Positions 55,700 to 64,000 of a stretch of DNA of 64,000 nt are shown here, piece by piece. A program made the translations under genes and the position numbers. This DNA comes from an uncultured Planctomycetota bacterium. Its GTDB lineage: Bacteria; Planctomycetota; Planctomycetia; Isosphaerales; Isosphaeraceae. Below the pieces are notes generated by a model. That model was not told the origin of the DNA. It searched no databases and saw only the letters and a list, made by a program, of their open reading frames with translations. The stretch's first letter is position 1; the number at the start of each line of letters is the position of its first letter. Where the stretch lies: positions 1,344,001 to 1,408,000 of the forward strand of contig CAWJTV010000011.1 in assembly GCA_963845755.1 (NCBI GenBank), read 5' to 3'.

Positions 55700-58600
55700 T
55701 TACTGCTTGGCCACGGCGCTCACCCAGTTCCCGGTGGACCAAAGGCGGATGATTCCCTGGGCGACCCCATTTGTGCGATCGCCCGTCTCGGCGAGAGCGG
55801 CCAGGACCCGTCCATCCGGGCTGAAACCCAACTTCATGATCCGCCCCACATGGGCGAGCCGAATCATCTCCGCCCCTCGGTGTGGCTCGCCGAGCAGGCG
55901 GACCGTGATCGCGTGGTTCTCATCGCCCGTCACCAAGATCGTACCTTTGGGGCTGAGGGCGACACAGCTCAATTCATGACCCGATACCGGCTTGAGGTCA
56001 GGCGGCTTCCCTTCGCTCAGGCCGTAAAGGTTGCCATCCCAGACCATCACCGTCGTCGCCACCGCGAGATTTCCGTGAGGGCCGTGTGCCCACTCCCGCA
56101 CGGGGGTGCCGAACGTGAGCTTTCTCGATACAGCGACGATGGATGCGATCGTGGCGATGACCTGGCTCTTCTCGGTCGGTGCCAACTCATGGGGAGGCCT
56201 TAATGTCTCGAGTTGCTTCTTGAGATTTCCGATCCGCCCTGCTTGATGCGTCAACATCCTCTCTTCGGTGTCTACGACCCTCTGACCAGCAGGGTCGAAG
56301 ATGCGGAAGTGGAGGACGTTATTCACCTCGGCCACGACGATCAGATTCTTCCCCTCCGCCGGAATGCTACTGACGTTGCCCGAGGACACCCATTGCAACT
56401 CACATCCCGCGGGAGGACGGGAGTGCAGGTCGAACGTCAGCAAGAACGTCTTACCCTCGAACCCGACGACCAGGGTGTTCGCCTCCCGGTCGAAGGACAT
56501 CGCCGAGATCTTCCAGCCGCTCTGGAATTCCTCCTTGTAGGGGATGAAGTCGAGGTCTTTGGCTCGATCATCATTCGGGTCTGTGGTCGAGCATACCTCC
56601 ACGTTGGGGAGCGAATTTGACTTGCCCGAGGCCGATTCGGCGAGTGCGTACCACTGACCCCCGTTGCTGAGGGCCAACCTCACGTCGAGCGTCGTGTCAA
56701 CATTGGGCAGCGGGTGCCGAAAGTCATAGTTTGCTTTCACATCCTTTGATGGTTTTTCATTCTCATCATAGAATGTATTCGATTGAATCCGAAATATCTT
56801 GGGCTGAAAGCCCGCCGCGCGGGACGCTTCCGTCGATGAGGAAGTAGTCGCCGGACGGGCTCAATGACCAGATTTTGGAATCGGACCGCAACTTCCTGGC
56901 ACACGTCAGCCCCGCTGGCTGCGCAGTCGAGGAAGTAGAGCGACCAGAGCCAAGGGCTCCTCAACTCGCCTTGTCGGACGGGCTGGTATCGGCAAGCCGC
57001 GAGGAGTGCGTGGGAGTCCTGGCCGCTGGCGAGAAATGCGAAGTCCGTCTTGGTCTTGTCCGGTTTTGCCTTGCTCGGCCCCGGGTCGCGAGGAATGCCG
57101 TCGATCTCAACATCGTAGGAGGATAGCCCGGTCAGGAGCTTCTTCACGGACGATACGTACTGAGTGTCCGGGGTACTGAGCGGTTGGTTCTCGAGCCGGC
57201 TGGCCAGTTCCAGGGCTCTGGGAAATTCGTCGTGCTTGAGCTGGTGGCCGTAGACGGAGTCTCTCAGGTATTTGAACTCAATGGCCGCAAGCTCGTTGGG
57301 CGACTTGCCTTTACTTTCCCCCGGTTTCGCGGTGCTTCCCGGGGGCGTGTTCACCGTCGACGAGCCGGGTTGCCCACCCTTCATCTTGCCGAGCTCCCCC
57401 TCGAGCTCGGTGACTCTCGTCCGGCTCAAGGTGAGTTCATTCTGGCTCGATCTGAAGTCGCGCTCGAGTTCGCCGATCCTGGTCTGTCGTCGGGCCGATT
57501 CCGTCTGACTGTCCTCGAGCTCGCGGTCCTTCGCCTCGAGCTGAGCTCGTACCTCCTCCAGCTTCCTTCCGTTCAGGTTCCACGGCTTTCTGCCTCCGCT
57601 TGGACGTCAAAGAAGCCGAGACGGAATCGATGGCCCGGGGAGTCACCGACGACAGGAGCAATGCGAGGAGGACGCCGAAGACGGCCCCTCCGACAAATGT
57701 CGCCGGCATAAGGCGTGGCCTCGGGCGGCAGCCGGAGCGAACCCACTCCCAGCCCTTTCTTGCTACGATCCTTGCTCCGCGCCGGTTCACGCAACGAGAG
57801 CCGAGGTTGAATGCGCGTCTCGCGCAGCTCTTCCTCATGCTCGCCTGGCGAGCCGGTCGCGGTTGGCGTCCGAGACGATCGCCGTTGAACAGCTCGGTCT
57901 TGCACTCGACGCGGAGGTCCTGGTCCTTCACCTCCTCGGCGAGCTTCAGCGCCGCGGCGCAGGCGGCGTCCTCGGATTCGTGGAACCCCAGGAGGGCGTG
58001 GCCGAGGACCTCGTTCCGGCTTTTTCGTTTCAGGTCGTTCGAAGTGCGTAAGGACGCGCCTGGCAAACCACTGCCCGATCAGATCGTCGCGGTTCTGGCC
58101 GACCGCGTCGCAGGCGGTTCGGAGCTCGGCGGCCCGTGCCCGAGGGCGGAGTCTTCGGGGGGTTGCCGAAGTGAACCCGCAGCGTGTTCCAGCCGTCCAG
58201 CCGTCTCAGGTCTTCGGGCGCGAGGGAGTTCGGGGAATCGCTCGCGAGCCGCGACGAGCGTCTGCATCTCCGCCGAAATCCGGCCGTCGTCGAAGTTCTC
58301 GGGAGTGATCCGGCCGACCAGCTTCGCCCAGATGCTTCGGGAAAGCGGCGAGTCGGTCGCCAGCCGGTCGAGCAAGCCTTCGAGACGCTTGTCCTCGAGC
58401 CAGAACTCGGGGCCGAGCGATTGGTCGCAACGCATCCCCGAGAGCCATTCCTCGACGCGGTCCGGGGGCAGCTTCACGGGAGAACGCAGGAACCTCTCGA
58501 CCAGGATCCTGGTCAGACTCGGCCTGAGATCGCAGCCGTTCGTAGACCGCCGCGCGGTCCGGGAGATTGACCAGCTCGTTGATCAGCGCGGGGAACTGGT

Positions 58601-60258
58601 CGTCGGAGAGATCCTTGATCACGTCGGGGCCGGGCTCCCAGCCGGCCGAGCCCGACAGGGCGATGCAGGCGGCCAGTCCGACGAACCGGGGTTCGATCGC
58701 GGTCGACCGGGCCAGCCCGCGGAATCCGGCCGGATCCGGGCGCGGAGCAGCCAATGAAGTCGGGCCGGAAGGGCCGTACCCGCGGGTACGGACTGGGACC
58801 ACTCCCGCAGCAGGGCGCCTCGTTCGTCGGGAGACAGCGCCGCGGCGCCGGGAGTCGCCCCCACCACACCCATCAGCGTGACGAAATGCCCCGCGCGACG
58901 ATCGGCCGGGATCACCGACTTGAGCGCCTCCCACCCCTCGCGCCAGGCGCCGGCCGGACCCGACTGCGCCCGGGTGCGTACCTCGGCCAGGAGGTCGTCG
59001 AGGTGCTCGCTCAGCAACTCGGCGAACTCGTCCCGAATCCGAGGTTGGGCCCAGACCTTGCGCAACGCCTGCCACGCCCGGCCGCGGAGCTCGTCGTCGC
59101 GGAGCAGCCCTTCGCCGAACCGGTTCCGTCGCAGCTTCATCAGGCCGTCGGCATCCAGGGCCCCGGCCTTCAGCGCAACGGCCAGGGGACGGACCTGGAT
59201 CGCCTCGGCCAGCGAGGCCGGCGTCGCCCCGCCGGCAATCCGCGGGTCGCGCGACCAGAGGTCGCGGACCTCGTCCACGGCCTTCCAGTCCCCATCCGCG
59301 GCGAGTTTCAGCAGATCCTCCAGCGGCCAGCTTGCCTCGATCATCAGCTCGGGGCCGTAGGCATCCCGGAAGGTGTCCACGACGTAACCGCGGCGTCGCA
59401 GGCCATCGCTGTCCGCTTTCTCGAGGCCATTGCGCGCGTAACTTCCGATCACCCGGGCGACCTTGTTCTCGCGGAGCGACGAGTGCGGGGGCTCGTAGGT
59501 CGAGAACGGGAACGTGCCCGCGATCCGCGGCGGCAGCAATCGAGCCATCGCGTAGACCAGGAACGCGACGGCCCCCGGCTCGGCGAGGATGCAGACCCGC
59601 GTCCGGGTCCCGTTCGGCTCGTTGGCCCGGAGGAACCCGTGCAGCGCGGCCCGGATCCAGCGGCGGCGGGCCTCGAGATTCGACTCGACGCGGCCGGGAT
59701 AGATCGATCGGGCCACGCTCTGGTCGGCGGGTGCCGCGCCGGCGGAGAGGAAATTCGTCAGGGCGGCATCGTCGATCAGGGAGCCTTGCGGGAGATGGTC
59801 GATCGTCGGCAGGACCTTCGTCTCGCCCCGGGGGTATTCGTCCGTCATCCAGTCGGACGAACCCCAGGCGGTGACGGCCGAGAGCGTATCCAGGTTCGGG
59901 CAGGAGGAGGATCTGCGAGAGGAAACTGTGGGGACGGCCGACGGTATCCTCGGGCAGGTAGGTCGTGTGGACGAGCGCGACCCGACCCGACGGGCCGGGG
60001 ACCATCGCCAGCCGGCGCGGGGCCTGGTTGGTCGGCAGCGTGCCGCTCCTCATGTCCAGCGGCAGCTCGTAGGAGTCGAGTCGGATGCGCCCAATCGAAC
60101 GTCGCGGAGTCGGCCGCCCCCGGGCTGGCGGCGCGGACGCTGAACCCCTCCCGCCCCAGGACGCTGTCCTCCTTGAGGCAGTGCATGACCAGGAGCTGCT
60201 CGATCGGCCCCGATGGGGGCGGATCGCCGGTCGCGGTCGAGGAGTTCGCATTGGCCAT
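55700..60258 (-). CDS. GAP1-N2/GAP1-M-like protein, probably one ~1500-aa gene continuing into TM helix, coiled coil and WD40-like C-terminus; multiple frameshifts; 55700..56740 may be a separate gene
   Basis: GAGGTG before ATG 60258; EQLLVMHC...LGREGFSVRAASPG; YELP; YLPEDTVGRPHSFLSQ; LLPPRIAGTFPFSTYE; TM FVGGAVFGVLLALLL near 57680; LSCVALSPKGTILVTG and LGFSPDGRVLAA...IRLW. Confidence 0.65.
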
Positions 60259-60494
60259 CGGTTCACCTCGCGGCACGCCGCCGCCTGAGAGGCCGTCGAG
60301 AAATCGATTCAAAATTTAAAATTGAAAGATTGAAAATCATAGAAATTTTGACACGGTAGCGAGGCCTCCGGGTGATCTCGATCCGACGCGGGATTGTGGG
60401 AACGAGGATCCGCTGTGTCCACCGATACTCCCTTTCTGGGGAATCCGGTTCTCTTGCGACAGTCTCTCAAACTTTTAGAAACTAACCGAGAATC

Positions 60495-60558
60495 TTGTAG
60501 GGTGGGTGAAACCCACCAGGAAGTGTCCCGATTCTGGTGGGTTTCACCCACCCTACAA
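60495..60558. repeat. GTAG-type REP doublet (REPIN-like)
   Basis: TTGTAGGGTGGGTGAAACCCACCAG...CTGGTGGGTTTCACCCACCCTACAA inverted pair. Confidence 0.85.
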
Positions 60559-60741
60559 ACCCCGGATCCGCTTCTCGGACAGTTTCTTAGCAAAGCGACC
60601 GGGTATGGAGATTCGGCCCCTTCGGGGCGAGAGACAAGAATGCCGGTATCGATGCTACAGTCTCCATTTGGATTATGGAATTTTGAATCTGGAACCTTCT
60701 ATCCGAGACCTTCACGCCTTCTCGGACGACCGGGGCGCCTC

Positions 60742-63564
60742 TCACCAGTTGAGGAGGCGTTCGAGCCACGACCGGACTCGCGGCCCGGAGCGTGAGCCAT
60801 CCGGCGCGGGCGAGATTTCGATGCCTTCGTGCTGGCCCCGGCGGCGACATAGGGCCCGATCCGGAACGGCGGCCCGACCCGCCGGTCCCAGCCGAGGTCG
60901 ACCACGGGCCAGACGGTGACGTACAGCTTCCGGCACCCGGGCGGCAGCACGAAGGCGGTCCCTCCCTTGGCACGGCGGTGGGTGTCGGGGTCGAGATTGA
61001 GGGTCCCCCGGCGCGCGTCCTCGGGGCGCTCGAGGAATCGCGCCGTGTCGGTGGCGACCAGGCAGGTCCGGACGAGTCGCGACTGCGCCCAGGCCCAACG
61101 CGCGGTGACGGCCGTGCCGCCCGCGTCGGGGAGGAACATCGGATCGGCCGGACGGAGGACATCGCCTTGCTGAAGCCGCTGGTCGACCCACGCGGCGATC
61201 CGGTCGCGGTAGGGAGCGAACTCGGCCGCGTGGGCGACGAGCAGGGCCGGGCTCGGCCTCGGCGAGGAACGCCTCGGCCTGGCCGCCGCGGAGCGGCGGC
61301 CACCAGCCGCTCGACCTGTTCGCTCTTGGCGATCAGGGCCTCGATCTCGGCCCGCTGGCGGACCAGGCCGGGGTGATCGGCCAGCTTCGCGGTCGCGGGC
61401 CAGCCGCTTCACCGCGACGGCGTCGCCCCGCTTGAGCGCCTGTTCCAGCTCGGCGAAGGCCGCGATCCGCGCGACGGCCTCGGCATGGCGGGCGCGATGC
61501 TCGCGGGCGTCGTGGCAGTCGGCCAGGAGGGCGCTGATCCCAGGCGGCGACCCACCGGGCATCCTGCTCGTCCAGCGGCAGGCTGGCGGGGATCGCATCG
61601 AGGGCGCGGAGCAGGTCGCGGCGGCGGATCGCCAGCTCGCAACGGGCGGCGACGGCCGCAACGGTGGGCCAGGTGCCGTCGGCCCGGGCACGCTCGGCGG
61701 CGGCGGCGATCGCCAGGTCGGACGGGGTCGAGGCGGCCAGCGCCTGGTCGAGCGCCGCGGATGAGGCGAGCCGCTCCCGGGCCTGGCGGATCCGGTCGGC
61801 GAAGCTGTTGCCGTACCCCGGCGGCGAGCGCCTCGGCCGCATCGAGGACCGCCTGCTCGGAGCCCCGGCCCTGATCGGCCTCCTCGATCCGCCGCTTCAA
61901 CTCGACGAGCCGGGCCGCCCGGCCTTTGGCCGCCTGGAATCGGGCGCGGAACGCATCGGCCTCGCTGACAGCCATCGAGGACCGTCGCCGCCGGCGCCCC
62001 ACGCCTTGAGCAGTCGCCCGGTCGGCCGCCTCGTCCTCGCCCGTCGGGCAAGCCGCCAGCGCCGCGAGCGCCTGGACGCGCCGGCCGGCCGCTCGGCACG
62101 GTCGCGGTGCGGCTCGGCCTCGGGGTGGCCGCCCAGCGCGTCGAGGGCCTGCCAGGCCTCGCCGATCGCCTGCTCCGGGCCTCCCTTCCGGACGGCCTGG
62201 TCGAGCCGCTCCACGGCCGCGATCCGCTTCCGCCAGGTCTCGACCTTGGTCCGGACCGCGTCGCCCTCGGCGAGCCCCTGGAGCTCGCGCCCGCGCTGGT
62301 CCCAGAGCGCGACGAACGGGCCGACCCGACGGGTCGGACTGCTCGGCGCCGCCGCAGCTCGTCGAGGAGGGCGAGGGCCGTGCGGGCCACGCCGGCCCCT
62401 GGCCACCAGCGCCGGGTCGAGCCAGTCGTCGAGCAGCTCGGGGCGATACGCCGCGGCGATCTCCTTCAGCTTGCCCCCGCGCAGCTTCTCCTCGAACTGC
62501 TGGGCCTGGCCTGACCCGCTTGTCGGCCTCGTTGACCTTCGGGACCAGGTCGGGCGGGAACGTCTCGGAGGCGTACTTCCGGCTGGTCGCCAGCTCGTGG
62601 ATCTGCCGCCAGTCGCCCCCCTTGATCACCTCGCGGAGCGGACCGAAGATGTCGATGTCGAACGGGGGGACCTCGATCGAACGGCCCGTCGAGCGACTTC
62701 CGCAGCGCGGCCGACCATTCGCGGACCATCCGGTCCTTCGCGTTGTGCATCAGCTCCGGCCAGAGCGGCGAGCGGTCGGGGTCCTTGATGTCCCGCTCGG
62801 TGAACAGCAGGCTCTCCTCCTCGCTCTGGCCGATCATCCGGTGCCAGAGCGACAGGTCGTCGGCCACCGCCCGCAGCGAGATCAGGATCAGCCAGGCCGA
62901 GAAGTCGTCGATGGCCGGCGACAGGAGCTGGCCGATGCGGCCCGGGTGCTGGTAGGCGGGCAGGCCGTTCTCCCAGGCGACCCGGTCGGCGTCGTTGCCG
63001 GTGTCCATCGTCGGCACGAACATCCCGTCGTAATCGACGAGCACCAGCCGGTCGTCCCTCACCATGACGTTGCCATGCTGGAGGTCGCAATGCGCGATCT
63101 CGTGCGACCGCAGCTCGCAGATGAGCTTGATCCACTCGTGCGACATCTGCTTGATCGCCGCGCAGTCCTGCCGTTCCACCGCCTCGCGGAACCAGATGCC
63201 CAGCGTCTTCCCTTCGACCCATTCCATGCTCAGGACCGGCAGCCACTGGCCGTTGACCAGGATGCCCTCGGGATCGTAGCCGAAGTCGACCATGCACTTC
63301 GGCTTCGTCTGCTGGAGGTAGTCGTTGACCTTCTGGTAGCGCGACTTGCCGGTCGGCCTTGGGGGCGTTCATGAAGACCCGGACGGCCGTGGACCACGAG
63401 CTGTTGTATAGCCGGTAGACGATCGCGTTGGCCCCGGACCGGGGCCAGGGCCAGGGCTTGCCCGGCTTCAGCTCGACGGCGCAGTCCTTGAGCCTCGGGT
63501 CGCGGAAGGCGGCCTTCGGGTTCTGGATCACGCCGTTGTAATCGCCCGGACTGGGCCAAGCCAT
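60742..63564 (-). CDS. Ser/Thr protein kinase of the TerY-P-associated type with a long helical C-terminal region; frameshifted
   Basis: MAWPSPGDYNGVIQNP..AFRDPRL, PWPRSGANAIVY, TAVRVF, GILVNGQWLPVLSMEWVEG, HCDLQHGN, LVDYDGMFVP, YQHP, DDFS, LLF; ends SWLERLLNW*. Confidence 0.85.
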
Positions 63565-63592
63565 GGGAAAACTCGCGGCAACCGGTTCGAGG

Positions 63593-64000
63593 TCAATGCA
63601 ACACGCAATAACCGTGCATGTGGAGCAGCCAGAGCAAGGGCTCGATCATCCCGAACGGGGTGATCGTCCGTTGCGACAGGTCTTCGATGCCGAGCTCGGC
63701 CCCCTCGAGCCCGACGGCGCTCATGGGGAAGAACATGTAGCGACCGCCGAAGTTCTCCCGCAGCATCCGCTCGACGTTCCAGCCCGGGAACATCAGGGGC
63801 ATCGCCGCGGCGCAGAGCTGGGACCGCTCGTGGATCAGCGACAGGTCGACCTTCTGCGTCAGGGTCTTCCGCAAGTCGTTCACCAGCTCGATCGCCTGCG
63901 TGCCCATCGGGTTCTTGCTCACCACGCAGGTCCATCTTCGAGACACAGATGGCGATCGGCAGGTCGATCGGGATTTCCGAAGCCAGGCCCCGGATCGCGT
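63593..64000 (-). CDS. C-terminal part of a TRAFAC-class (DO-GTPase-like) GTPase; truncated by the window edge and frameshifted
   Basis: IDLPIAICVSKMD (G4-like), RYMFFPMSAVG (G5-like), ITPFGMIEPLLWLL terminal motif. The P-loop is not inside the window. Confidence 0.7.
   Translation of the reverse strand, partial: TRSGAWLRKSRSTCRSPSVSRRWTCVVSKNPMGTQAIELVNDLRKTLTQKVDLSLIHERSQLCAAAMPLMFPGWNVERMLRENFGGRYMFFPMSAVGLEGAELGIEDLSQRTITPFGMIEPLLWLLHMHGYCVLH

Noticed and set aside
46968..60319. Long plus-strand ORFs such as 46968..48797, 54860..56203 and 58754..60319
   Set aside because: Antisense to well-supported minus-strand genes; typical high-GC shadow ORFs.
1..64000. rRNA, tRNA, riboswitches or programmed frameshifting
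   Set aside because: No recognisable RNA gene signatures; frameshifts are scattered and lack a consistent slippery-site pattern. A covariance-model scan was not possible.

Overview
High-GC bacterial DNA with strong Planctomycetota (Isosphaeraceae-like) hallmarks: a DUF1559 prepilin/H-X9-DG protein, DUF4058, CRTAC1/ASPIC-UnbV proteins, an ECF sigma factor with a very long C-terminal extension, and heptamer-rich palindromic repeats. Many genes are broken by single-base indels, most likely long-read consensus errors, so gene models were stitched by eye across frames and coordinates are approximate. Four blocks: (1) 1-7.2 kb: a divergent pair of paralogous membrane-anchored proteins, a lipoprotein, an SGNH hydrolase and a DUF2934/HNH-like protein. 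(2) 7.2-33 kb: three 7-heme cytochromes c, two CRTAC1/ASPIC-UnbV proteins, two Thr-type sulfatase-like membrane proteins, TPR proteins, an MBL hydrolase, DUF1559 and a small lipoprotein, with an IS4 element inserted into a REP-like hairpin. (3) 33-42 kb: FHA-GAF-SpoIIE phosphatase, two ECF sigma factors, a SpoU methyltransferase and DUF4058. (4) 42-64 kb: a co-directional minus-strand locus of at least 22 kb with a TRAFAC-like GTPase, a GAP1-N2-like giant protein, a TerY-P-type kinase, vWA, a vWA-PP2C fusion, a BON-like repeat/TPR protein and two TM-FHA-zinc-ribbon proteins. Block 4 is the best candidate for an uncharacterised membrane-spanning conflict/signalling system. No rRNA, tRNA or CRISPR array was recognised. 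All family calls come from motifs recognised by eye; no searches were run.
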